DNA of 64,000 nucleotides, taken from the NCBI GenBank assembly GCA_965206845.1, contig OZ242221.1, positions 704,001-768,000 of the forward strand, written 5' to 3'. The stretch is from Cenarchaeum sp. Its GTDB lineage: Archaea > Thermoproteota > Nitrososphaeria > Nitrososphaerales > Nitrosopumilaceae. Of this stretch, positions 9,940-18,851 are shown one piece after another. Made by a program: the position numbers and the translations under genes. The notes under the pieces are model-generated. The model was not told the origin of the DNA. It worked only from the letters and a program-made list of their open reading frames with translations, and searched no databases. Each line of letters opens with the position of its first letter. Within the stretch, counting starts at the first letter, position 1.

Positions 9940-11004
9940 TGTATTGTAACAAAACTATGTCCTCCCCAGATCAGACGCACTCTGCGCGAATTTATTAGGT
10001 TACACTATCCAAGACGCCTGATGCCGGTCAAGCTGGATGACGACAAAATCAAGTACGTCATTCGCGAGAAGGAGAAGGAGAAGGGGACCCTCAACGCCAC
10101 AATAGCTGAAAGCATGAAGATCAGCTCACGACATGTGCGACGCCTTTGGGCCAAGTACAGGAGTACCGGCTCGTTGCCGACGATCAGCAGTGGCGGCCGA
10201 CCTGCCACCAAGACAATATCTGATGAGGAAGTCGAGATGGTGCTGGCCGAGTGCAGGAGAGGCTGTTCGGGGGTGGGACGGGTCACCAAGGCATTGGCGG
10301 ACAAAAACATAAGCGGCCGCACCGTATACAACATAATGAAAAAACATGGGCTGGTGGAGTCGTGCCCCGCAAAGGCAAAAAAACGCAAATGGGTGAGATT
10401 TGAGCGACAGTACTCTAACGCCATGTGGCATACGGACTGGCATGTCATGAAGGACTTCCGCGTGAGGGATCTGAACCTGATCACGTACCTGGACGATGCC
10501 TCGCGATGCGTCACCGGATACGGCGTGTTCAAAGAAGCAACCGGCCTGAATGCCGTGGAGGTGCTCAGGCAGGCAATTCTGGCGTTTGGCACCCCGGCAT
10601 CCATCCTGTCGGACAACGGATCCTGCTTTGTGGGCGTGCGAAGCGGCACGCCGAAGGGAACATGGACGCCTACTATCTTTGAGAGCGAGCTTCTGGATCG
10701 CGGCATACAGCTGATAAACTCAAGGCCGTACCATCCCCAGACCAACGGTAAGCTGGAGAGGTTCCACAGGACACTGGAGACCGAGGTGGGGCGGCACGAC
10801 AGTTTGGATGACTTCGTCACGTACTACAACGAGAGGCGGCTGCATTGGTCGCTTGACATAGACAACCACCAGACGCCGCTCAAGGCGTTCCATGATAAGG
10901 CGACGTATGAAACTATAAGAGTAGACAATCCAAACTGGATGGAGGTTGACATCCATGGATGACCGGCGGACAAAGGGGGGAGGACATAGTTTTGTTACAA
11001 TAGA
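9940..11004 (+). mobile_element. IS481-family insertion sequence
   Basis: 26-bp perfect TIR TATTGTAACAAAACTATGTCCTCCCC; 15-bp TSD GGAAACCGCAAATTT at 9925-9939 and 11006-11020. Confidence 0.92.
10021..10962 (+). CDS. IS481-family DDE transposase (rve integrase core)
   Basis: N-terminal HTH, WHTDW, LDDASR, SDNGSCF, HPQTNGKLERFHRT, YYNERRLH. Confidence 0.92.
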   Translation: MPVKLDDDKIKYVIREKEKEKGTLNATIAESMKISSRHVRRLWAKYRSTGSLPTISSGGRPATKTISDEEVEMVLAECRRGCSGVGRVTKALADKNISGRTVYNIMKKHGLVESCPAKAKKRKWVRFERQYSNAMWHTDWHVMKDFRVRDLNLITYLDDASRCVTGYGVFKEATGLNAVEVLRQAILAFGTPASILSDNGSCFVGVRSGTPKGTWTPTIFESELLDRGIQLINSRPYHPQTNGKLERFHRTLETEVGRHDSLDDFVTYYNERRLHWSLDIDNHQTPLKAFHDKATYETIRVDNPNWMEVDIHG

Positions 11005-11260
11005 CGGAAACCGCAAATTTAGAAACATATTTCCAGTGCTGCCGTACTGCCTGATTCCCATCATGGTTGGGGTTGCCGTTATTCCGGTAGGCACGCAGCT
11101 CTTTGAGGATCTTCTGGCTTTCACGCATGACGACATGCCAGGCACGGATCCTGGATTGTTACCCAGCTATGCGCTTGACTTCGCTGGCGGTACTGCCATT
11201 AGTCTAATTCACAATGCCTCTGCAGTCTTTCTTGGGGCATGGGTTTTCGTGCTGTTCGTA

Positions 11261-11352
11261 GTACACACTCAGGTCCCGCTCGAACCTAGGCACGGTTTTG
11301 CGAGACGCGACGCGGTTTTGTGCCTAGAAGGATCGCCGGCCTGAGTACATAC
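11261..11352. mobile_element. 92-bp MITE, copy 1
   Basis: Differs by 1 nt from 29095-29186; ends GTACACACTCAGG/CCTGAGTACATAC; TSD TGTTCGTA. Confidence 0.92.
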
Positions 11353-11700
11353 TGTTCGTAAAGGCAATAAAGATATCACACGGGTTTGGAACAAGGAAAT
11401 CGATTGGTGTTTTGGCACTGGCGCTGTTAGCCGCATATGCACTGACAACAGCGCTCGGAATCCTGCATGCACTTTTCTTATCATTCTTCCACATCTCATA
11501 GCAGTCTTTGCATACTGACAATAGCGCTCGGAATCCCGCAGGCATTCTTCTTGCCACCCGTATGGCTCTGACCTGCAGGGGTAAGTTATCTGCCATAAAC
11601 CGATCTGTTATGCCGGTCCGATGCCGGATAAACGACTTTTCAGGTTACGGAGGGCCAAAAATCCAGACAGAATTTTATAACCGGCGCCAGGTTTTTTTGT

Positions 11701-12642
11701 ATGATCGAGCCCGGGGCGCCCGTAAAGGACATCAGAATAACCAGAGACACCGGCATAGATGAGATATTTGACGAGCTGATGCGCTCCGGTGGCTTTGAGT
11801 CAACCAATCTGGCCCAAGGTCTGGAGATACTCTCTGACATGATAAACGATGGACGGTGCCTCAAGTTTCTGTCGTTTGTCGGGGCTGTGATATCGACCGG
11901 CCTGCGGGGCGTCGTATCTGACATGATACGAAACAGGTTCTTTGATGTGGCCATCACCACCTGCGGCGCGCTAGACCACGACATAGCCAGAAACTTTGCC
12001 AGCTATCATGAGGGATCCTTTACCATGGACGATACACAGCTGGCCCGGCAGGACATCCACAGGCTGGGAAATGTGCTTGTTCCCATGGAGAGCTACGGGC
12101 CCGTAATAGAGGAGAAGATGCGGGAGTTTCTGCAGAAAGAGTACGACTCGGGCATCAGGGAGATGTCCACTGCTGACATAACCAGAATGATCGGAAGCCA
12201 TCTGGGCGACGACTCGTTTCTGCACCAGGCGTACAAGAACAACGTCCCGGTTGTTGTACCAGGCATAGTGGACGGCGCAGTTGGAAGCCAGATCTGGCTC
12301 TTTGTGCAGAACCATCCGGACTTCAGGCTGAACCTGATCAAGGATGCGGATCTGCTGTCTGGCATGATATTCAAGGCAACAAAGTCAGGTGCGCTGATGA
12401 TCGGCGGGGGTATCTCAAAGCACCACACGCTGTGGTGGAACCAGTACCGGAACGGCATGGACTACGCGCTGTACATCACCACGGCGCAGGAGTTTGACGG
12501 CAGCCTCAGCGGGGCACTTGTAAGGGAGGCCATATCGTGGGGCAAGGTAACCCAGGACGCAAGGCAGGCCACGCTGCACGCCGAGGCCACCACCATACTC
12601 CCCTTCCTGTACTCGGCATTGCTGGCAAGGCTAAAGCGCTAA
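11701..12642 (+). CDS. dys: Deoxyhypusine synthase
   Basis: STGLR, TTCGALDHD, HRLGNV, IGGGISKHH, FDGSLSGA..EAISWGK. Confidence 0.95.
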   Translation: MIEPGAPVKDIRITRDTGIDEIFDELMRSGGFESTNLAQGLEILSDMINDGRCLKFLSFVGAVISTGLRGVVSDMIRNRFFDVAITTCGALDHDIARNFASYHEGSFTMDDTQLARQDIHRLGNVLVPMESYGPVIEEKMREFLQKEYDSGIREMSTADITRMIGSHLGDDSFLHQAYKNNVPVVVPGIVDGAVGSQIWLFVQNHPDFRLNLIKDADLLSGMIFKATKSGALMIGGGISKHHTLWWNQYRNGMDYALYITTAQEFDGSLSGALVREAISWGKVTQDARQATLHAEATTILPFLYSALLARLKR

Positions 12643-12851
12643 GGCCCGCACCAGGAATGCCATGCCGGGAGGACCTGCCTTTTGCCGCGCCTGTGCCTGC
12701 AGGTGTCAGCACACAGAACCCGAATCGGTTTTTCGTTTGCGCTGCTGTGTCGGCGACGTGTCCATCTCTTGTGCCCGTTGCCGCGTTGCCGTTTGCTGTC
12801 TTGCCTGCAGGATAATGCAAGGGCGGATAGATTCAGAGATATTATTGGTGT

Positions 12852-13493
12852 ATGCAAGGCATGCACATGGAGGAGACCATAGCTTTTGCCGCAACGGTGG
12901 TTCTGATCTCAATCTCAGGAGTGATGTCTCCGGGCCCACTGTTTGCCACAAATATAGTGTACGGCATCAGGGGCGGGCTGCGTGCAGGAATCAAGATGGC
13001 GTACGGCCACACCGTGGTGGAGCTACCGCTGATCATACTTCTGGGGGTCGGGATCATCTCGCTGGAGTCTTTTCCCCAGTTTCGGGTGGCAATATCAGTC
13101 CTGGGCGCACTCGGGCTGTTTGCCTTTGCAGGCCTGCAGATCAAGGGAGCTATGCGTCCCAGGCAGGTGCAGGCACAACGCGCTGGACACGGTCCGTTTC
13201 TGGCAGGGATGATGCTTACCGCGCTGAACCCGTTCTTCATAATCTGGTGGCTCACCATAGGGACGAAGCTGATACTGGACGCCATGGAGATGTGGTCTGT
13301 TGCCGGTCTGGCCATAATGTTTGGGTTTCACATATGGATGGACTACGTATGGATGGGTACGGTGGGCTTTCTGGCAAAGAAGGGCTCCGGATGGATGTCA
13401 GACAGGGTACACCGGGCCGTTCTGGTGGCGCTTTCTGGCATGCTGATCTACTTTGGCATTATCTTCGCAGCCGAGGGACTAGCCACAATCTAG
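12852..13493 (+). CDS. LysE-family translocator
   Basis: SPGPL, GHTVVE, ALNPFFIIWW; hydrophobic helices. Confidence 0.88.
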   Translation: MQGMHMEETIAFAATVVLISISGVMSPGPLFATNIVYGIRGGLRAGIKMAYGHTVVELPLIILLGVGIISLESFPQFRVAISVLGALGLFAFAGLQIKGAMRPRQVQAQRAGHGPFLAGMMLTALNPFFIIWWLTIGTKLILDAMEMWSVAGLAIMFGFHIWMDYVWMGTVGFLAKKGSGWMSDRVHRAVLVALSGMLIYFGIIFAAEGLATI

Positions 13494-13715
13494 AATCTCC
13501 ACCACAGGCTTGCACTCATCGTTAAAGGAGTTGATCCGGTGAACCAGCATCTCGCACATCTCCGGATCCAGCGATTCATAGTATCTGTCTATGTCGCCAA
13601 GCATGGTAACATGCTTTACCGCGCATGTGTTCGGAACAAGTATGAAAAGAAGAATCACTATCGATATTGAGATGGCGTAGATATGGAATTTTCCTTTAAT
13701 CCTTTGTGATATCAA
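13479..13715 (-). CDS. Small membrane-anchored hypothetical protein
   Basis: N-terminal TM helix and Cys-containing tail (DPEMC..C..LDCG); follows the Alba gene. Confidence 0.6.
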   Translation of the reverse strand: MISQRIKGKFHIYAISISIVILLFILVPNTCAVKHVTMLGDIDRYYESLDPEMCEMLVHRINSFNDECKPVVEILDCG

Positions 13716-14640
13716 TCTCTATTGTAGATATGTTTCTCTGCTTGCCGTCCTCTGACATCAGGAAATCTGACGCAATCCGCACATCTTTGATATAGTACCC
13801 CACGGTGTCCATTCTCTTTACTATCATCTGTGATACATCGACTGCCTGTGTGATTTTTTTGCCCCTAGCCTTTATTGTTACTGTCGGGTTGGATGCAATC
13901 TGTGTAAGCGTTGCATGTACGTATGTCATAATCGGCTTGCTGCCCACAAAGATAATGTCACGTCGTGGGGCAGTTTTTGCTACAGCTTCTGGCTGCGGCT
14001 CTACAGCCTTGGCTGCGGCTGGTGCCTCTGCTGCCGGCGCTTCTGCTGCTACGGGTGCCTCTGCGGCTGGCGCTTCTGCCATTGGGGGTTCCTCTGCGGC
14101 CGGTGCTTCTGCTGCTACGGGTGCTTCAGCTACTGGTTCTGCTGCCGGCGCTTCTGCCATTGGGGGTTCCTCTGCGGCCGGTGCTTCTGCTGCTACGGGT
14201 GCCTCTGCGGCTGGCGCTTCTGCCATTGGGGGTTCCTCTGCGGCCGGTGCTTCTGCTGCTACGGGTGCTTCAGCTACTGGTTCTGCTGCCGGCGCTTCTG
14301 CCATTGGGGGTTCCTCTGCGGCCGGTGCTTCTGCTGCTACGGGTGCTTCAGCTACTGGTTCTGCTGCCGGCGCTTCTGCCATTGGGGGTTCCTCTACGGG
14401 TGATTCTGACGGGGCTTCAGCTACTGGTTCTTCAGATGCGGGTGCCTCTTCTGCGGCTGGTTCTTCAGTTACTGGTTCTGCGGCCGGTGTTTCTTCTGCG
14501 GCCGATGCCTGCTGTGCAGGTTGCTCCGACTCGGGCGACCATGAATCAGAGACATCATCTAGATCATTTTGTGTTTCCTGACTTTTTTGAAATTCCGACA
14601 GTATTTCTTCAGCGTCTTTTAGTCTTTCTTGCACGTTCAA
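13696..14640 (-). CDS. Alba-family nucleic-acid-binding protein with long Ala/Glu/Pro-rich N-terminal repeat extension
   Basis: C-terminal Alba domain IFVGSKPIMTYV..IKARGKKITQAVDV..NISTIEI. Confidence 0.88.
   Translation of the reverse strand: MNVQERLKDAEEILSEFQKSQETQNDLDDVSDSWSPESEQPAQQASAAEETPAAEPVTEEPAAEEAPASEEPVAEAPSESPVEEPPMAEAPAAEPVAEAPVAAEAPAAEEPPMAEAPAAEPVAEAPVAAEAPAAEEPPMAEAPAAEAPVAAEAPAAEEPPMAEAPAAEPVAEAPVAAEAPAAEEPPMAEAPAAEAPVAAEAPAAEAPAAAKAVEPQPEAVAKTAPRRDIIFVGSKPIMTYVHATLTQIASNPTVTIKARGKKITQAVDVSQMIVKRMDTVGYYIKDVRIASDFLMSEDGKQRNISTIEIDITKD
14020..14395 (-). repeat. Coding tandem repeat (78/66-nt units, EEPPMAEAPAA(EPVA)EAPVAAEAPAA, about 5 copies)
   Basis: Near-identical repeats of gcttctgccattgggggttcctctgcggccggtgcttctgctgctacgggtgc; coordinates approximate. 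Confidence 0.9.
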
Positions 14641-14948
14641 AATCTTCCTGTAGACTAGACCATTATCTTTTATTTAATTGATAGAGTACAAATCAGCTAC
14701 GTAACATCCAGAAAATAATATACCCAGTTCGCGATATGCCAAAGAGAGCAAGTAGAGGACGCACCTAAATCATGAGACCCGACAGATCAAAGCGAACCAC
14801 AGGCTAGGAAGGCCAGAATATCTGCCTGAGTGGCAGGCAGTTCGCATTCGTCCACCCTTTTGACAAGGTATACCGTCGAATAAAAATGCGAGATCACCAC
14901 AGCGAGAAACAGGGAATTGGCCATCTGACTTGAACAATGTTTGCCCTG

Positions 14949-16079
14949 TAGCGAAAAGTTCATTGATCAGAACAGCCCAGACAGACCATGAAATACAAGC
15001 AGATGCTCAAGATTCGCAAGATTGAGAAGGATCCTCAGGTGCGAGACAGGATAATGCTGAACGTGATGGTGAAAAGGGACGGAATGAGCGTGACCAGGGC
15101 CGCGCGCTTTCTGGGCATGGCCCCGTCATGGGGAGTCAAGTGGCACAACCGGTACCTGAAGGAGGGCACTGCAGGCCTGCAGACTCGCACCCGCTCAGGC
15201 CGCCCACCGAGGATCTCAGGCGAGACCCTGAAGGCCGTTAAAAAAAAGTAAAAAAGACGGTGTACCTGACGGCAGAGGACCTGCGCGATATCATTCGCGA
15301 CGGTTCCGGCATAGAGTACATGACGAAGTATACGATATCGTACGCGCGCTTCCTGCTGCGCAGCTGGGGATTCACCAGGAAGGTTCCGATGGGACGGCAC
15401 GTGAAGAGAGCAAGCAGGCAGAAGATCGCGTGGTTCCGCAAGAAGCTGGGGCCGCTGATAGAGGAGAGGGTGAGGGCCGGCTACACGGCATGTGTGCAGG
15501 ACGAGGCGATATGCGTAGCCGACGCGCGGCTCAGGAAGGGCGTCTACACGCCCAAGGGGGTCCGCGGCGTCTACACGTACACGGGATCGCACTCCAAGAC
15601 CATCGTGTTCGGCCTGATCACGCTGGACGGGGAGGGGTTCTTCCAGAGATACGACTCCTTTACCGGGAAGGAGTTTGTCGAGTTCCTGAAGGCCGCATGC
15701 GAAAGGTTCGGGAAGATCCTGATGATAACCGACGGCGCGCCGCAGCACAGGTCGAAATTCGTCAGGGAGGAGATCGGGCGCCTGGACGGCGTGGAGCTGC
15801 AGTTTCTGCCGCCTGGCTGCCCGGATCTGAACGCGATTGAGGAGGTGTGGCTCCAGATGAAACACGCGATCTTGGACGTGCCGTACGTCCGGTTCAGCTC
15901 CATGTGCAGCGACATCGACAAGTGGCTGAGATCGTCCCTGCCAAAACTTGACATCGAAAGGTACCTCTACAGAAAAGCATAGGCAGGCGCCTGCAGGCGC
16001 ACAGGGGATCGTGCGCGCGCAGGTCCGGAAACGGTAAACGGCCGCCCCACGACCCTTCACGGATCTGAACGAACCCGTA
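14949..16079 (+). mobile_element. IS630-family insertion sequence (boundaries uncertain)
   Basis: Split transposase; candidate TA dinucleotides at 14949 and 16078, but the inverted ends match poorly. Confidence 0.6.
14988..15982 (+). CDS. IS630 transposase, two ORFs joined by a probable -1 frameshift
   Basis: ORF1 has an HTH (RSGRPP); ORF2 has DDE motifs (QDEA, TDGAPQH, PDLNAIEEVW); slippery A_AAA_AAG at 15242-15248 just before the ORF1 stop. Confidence 0.88.
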
Positions 16080-16085
16080 TTTTGG

Positions 16086-16241
16086 GACAAGAGACATGAT
16101 CCGCAATTAAGAATCGGGTCTTCGATGCCCATAATCTTACAGATGTGCGCTCCAAAGCATGCAACTTTCGTATGATTATGCCAAAGATCGTGCTCTAATG
16201 TGCCTGCGTGCTAATTACGAATCACATCTAAGAATAACAAG
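16086..16241. repeat. ~150-bp palindromic repeat, copy 2 (MITE-like)
   Basis: 144 bp identical to 9431-9574, same orientation. Confidence 0.85.
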
Positions 16242-16392
16242 TGGCTTGGAAGAAATTCGGCAATCCTGTCTTCGGGCCTGCATCAAATCTGGCGGTTGTT
16301 CACGAAATTATACTCGGCGGTGTAGAGGCCGCAAGAAGCCTGCTACAACGGTAGGTTCAGAAGGCATGAAGGCAAAGGCCTGCGCGCAGTAT

Positions 16393-16665
16393 TTAGGTGC
16401 GAGCCTTTGCATGAATGTTCGCTTGGATGTACTCATCCAGGAGCTGTTCCACGTCTTCGCCGGAGAGCGCTTTTGCCTTCTCCACCAGCTCCCTCTCCTC
16501 CACCTCATAGCAGTTCAGAACATCCTGGGAGTCCTTGAAGATCAAAAGCACCTTCTCCCCAAATATGGTATGGTACATCTTCTCCCGCTCCATGAGCTCG
16601 GGTTTTACCTTTACTCCATCCTTGCCAGCGCTTACGGGGTACACCACAGAGCGCCTACCACGCAT
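16393..16665 (-). CDS. Hypothetical protein
   Basis: Protein-like composition (YHTIF..KVLLIFKD..LNCYEVEE); divergent from the Pol IV gene. Confidence 0.7.
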   Translation of the reverse strand: MRGRRSVVYPVSAGKDGVKVKPELMEREKMYHTIFGEKVLLIFKDSQDVLNCYEVEERELVEKAKALSGEDVEQLLDEYIQANIHAKART

Positions 16666-16750
16666 CGGTATTTAGATAAAGCGGTCAGACTGTCAGGCAG
16701 CAACCCACATCAGCATCACATCATTAATAGATATTTCAGATATACTAAAC

Positions 16751-17845
16751 ATGTTGCAGAGAATAGTGCTCCATGTGGACTTTGACTACTTTTACGCACA
16801 GTGCGAAGAGATCAGAGACCTGAGCCTCAAGACCAAACCGGTTTGCGTTTGTGTCTACTCCGGCCGCGATCAGGACAGCGGAGCCGTGGCTACGGCAAAC
16901 TACCTGGCAAGAAAGTACGGCGCCAAGTCTGGCATGTCCATCAGACTGGCAAAGGCAAAGCTCCAGAAGAGCGAGGATGCGGTGTTTCTTCCCACCGACT
17001 TTGACTACTACTCGGACATCTCAGAGAGGGCAATGAAGGCAATACAGGAGTATGCCGATGTCTTTGAGTACGTTGGCAGGGACGAGGCATACCTTGATGT
17101 CAGCGCCAGAACCGGCAGAAGCTACGAGATGGCAGCTCATGTGGCGCAGCAGATCAAGAACGCCGTCCGGGAGAGGATCAGGCTCACCTGCTCTGTCGGC
17201 GTGTCGCCCAACAGGCTGGTATCCAAGATAGCCTCTGACTTTAACAAGCCCGACGGGCTTACGGTTGTCACCCCGGACAGGGTATCTGAATTTCTGGAGC
17301 CGCTGAAGGTGCGCAACATACCCGGCATAGGCAAAAAGGCAGAGGGCACGCTGGCAGGCATGAAGATCACGACGGTGAAGCAGCTCCGGGATCTGGATAT
17401 ATTCGACCTCAACAAGAGGTTTGGAAGAAAGACCGGAGCCTACATTTATGGCGCGGCAAGGGGAGAGAACGACGAGCCGGTGGCCGAGAGGGAGCCAAGC
17501 GTGCAGTTCAGCAGGATCTCCACCCTCAAGCAGGACTCGAAGGAGTTTGACTTCCTGCACCAGAGCCTGCTGCAGGTGTGCCAGGAGCTGCACCATACCG
17601 TGCAGAAGAACGGAAGACTCTTCAGATCCGTCGGCGTGCAGTTCGTCCAGTCCGACATGTCAGGCAGGACAAAGTCCAGGATGCTAAGGAACCCCACATC
17701 AAGCCTGGGGGAGCTGGAGAAGGTGGCGACCATCCTCCTCCGGGAGGCGCTGGAGGATCAGGAGAAGCAGATAAGAAGGCTGGGTGTCAGGGTGTCGGAG
17801 CTGTCAGATGCAGTGGGCCAGATCCGCATGGACAGCTACTTTTGA
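16751..17845 (+). CDS. dinB: Y-family DNA polymerase IV (Dbh/DinB)
   Basis: HVDFDYFYAQ, ATANY.AR..G, DEAYLD, SKIASD..KP, PGIG; C-terminal PIP box QIRMDSYF. Confidence 0.95.
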   Translation: MLQRIVLHVDFDYFYAQCEEIRDLSLKTKPVCVCVYSGRDQDSGAVATANYLARKYGAKSGMSIRLAKAKLQKSEDAVFLPTDFDYYSDISERAMKAIQEYADVFEYVGRDEAYLDVSARTGRSYEMAAHVAQQIKNAVRERIRLTCSVGVSPNRLVSKIASDFNKPDGLTVVTPDRVSEFLEPLKVRNIPGIGKKAEGTLAGMKITTVKQLRDLDIFDLNKRFGRKTGAYIYGAARGENDEPVAEREPSVQFSRISTLKQDSKEFDFLHQSLLQVCQELHHTVQKNGRLFRSVGVQFVQSDMSGRTKSRMLRNPTSSLGELEKVATILLREALEDQEKQIRRLGVRVSELSDAVGQIRMDSYF

Positions 17846-18822
17846 TGCACCCGGTCGTCTGCGGCTGCCGCCCCAGTCCCGTCCCGCTCGTCCAGTTTTT
17901 TTAACCGCCTGGTCTCCACGACCATCACAATAAGCAGAAATACAAAGAGCCAGGGCAAGAACATTATCTCTCCGGCAATTCCGTGAAACTCCTCCCACCT
18001 GTCTACGTCGGTGGTCACCTTGAGGGCGTACCAGGAGAGCGCGAATATTCGGAATACGTTGACAGTTATCGTGCCCAGTATGCCCACTGCAAACCACACC
18101 ATCTTTCTGGGTCTTGGAATGTTCATCTTGAGCAGAAACGCCATCATCACGAGTGAGAATATGATCACGCTGTGCACACCGGCAGAGGGCCAGAACACCT
18201 GCAGCGCAAAGGGCCCGTGATCGCCCCTGAGGAACATCAGGTTGTCCCGTGCAGTTGCCATCCCCAGATCAAAGAGGCCGACGAGGCCCACGTTGATCTG
18301 AACCAGGTACGGCACCACGTACTGTAGCGGACCTAACGTGTCGTACGGAAAGAAGGCGTCAAGGGAGAGTATGGCCGCGCTGCCGCCGAGAAATATCGGC
18401 CCTGCGGGAGCGATTCGGATCCACCTCCTTCCAAAGAAGAGGCTCAGGGCTGCCGTCACAAATGCCGCCATTATTGCAAAGTCCCACAGCCACGTAAACG
18501 AGAATATCAACGGAACCTCGATGGACTCGCCGTAGGCTATCAGCATGTCCCGGAGGCCAAACTCCAGGGACACCAGGTACCAGATCACCACAGCTGCCAG
18601 CGGAACCACCATCAGAAGCCGCCTGTGGGATATCCCCAGCCTCAGGCCCACCAGCTCGGCTACCACAAACACCAAACCAAAGAGGAATCCCCCCCTGCCC
18701 TGGTTCCAGCTGAGGTTGAAGGTGTCAGGAAATGCCACCAGGGCAAAAACAATCGGGCTTGCCACCAGGGCCATACCAAGTATCAGACTTTTCTGCAATC
18801 GGAGATCCGGACATAACAGCAA
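17836..18822 (-). CDS. Exosortase/archaeosortase-family protein (thaumarchaeosortase type)
   Basis: Multi-TM protein with motifs VFWPSAG, N.FRI and EFHG at the positions of the Cys/Arg/His triad. Confidence 0.75.
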   Translation of the reverse strand: MLLCPDLRLQKSLILGMALVASPIVFALVAFPDTFNLSWNQGRGGFLFGLVFVVAELVGLRLGISHRRLLMVVPLAAVVIWYLVSLEFGLRDMLIAYGESIEVPLIFSFTWLWDFAIMAAFVTAALSLFFGRRWIRIAPAGPIFLGGSAAILSLDAFFPYDTLGPLQYVVPYLVQINVGLVGLFDLGMATARDNLMFLRGDHGPFALQVFWPSAGVHSVIIFSLVMMAFLLKMNIPRPRKMVWFAVGILGTITVNVFRIFALSWYALKVTTDVDRWEEFHGIAGEIMFLPWLFVFLLIVMVVETRRLKKLDERDGTGAAAADDRVHQK

Positions 18823-18851
18823 ATAAAAAATCTTGCACGCAGGGCGGGGAT

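Larger units (their letters stand above)
9619..11501 (+). pseudogene. Yip1-domain membrane protein interrupted by an IS481 element and a 92-bp MITE
   Basis: Removing both insertions and one copy of each TSD restores one frame: METDAGH..RPNATFR..GGNRKF|RNIFPVLPY..WVFVLFV|KAIKISHGFGTRKSIGVL..FFHIS*. Confidence 0.85.

Noticed and set aside
14020-14395. Tandem repeats as a CRISPR array
   Set aside because: Units are contiguous, in frame (multiples of 3) and have no unique spacers; this is a coding repeat of the Alba gene.
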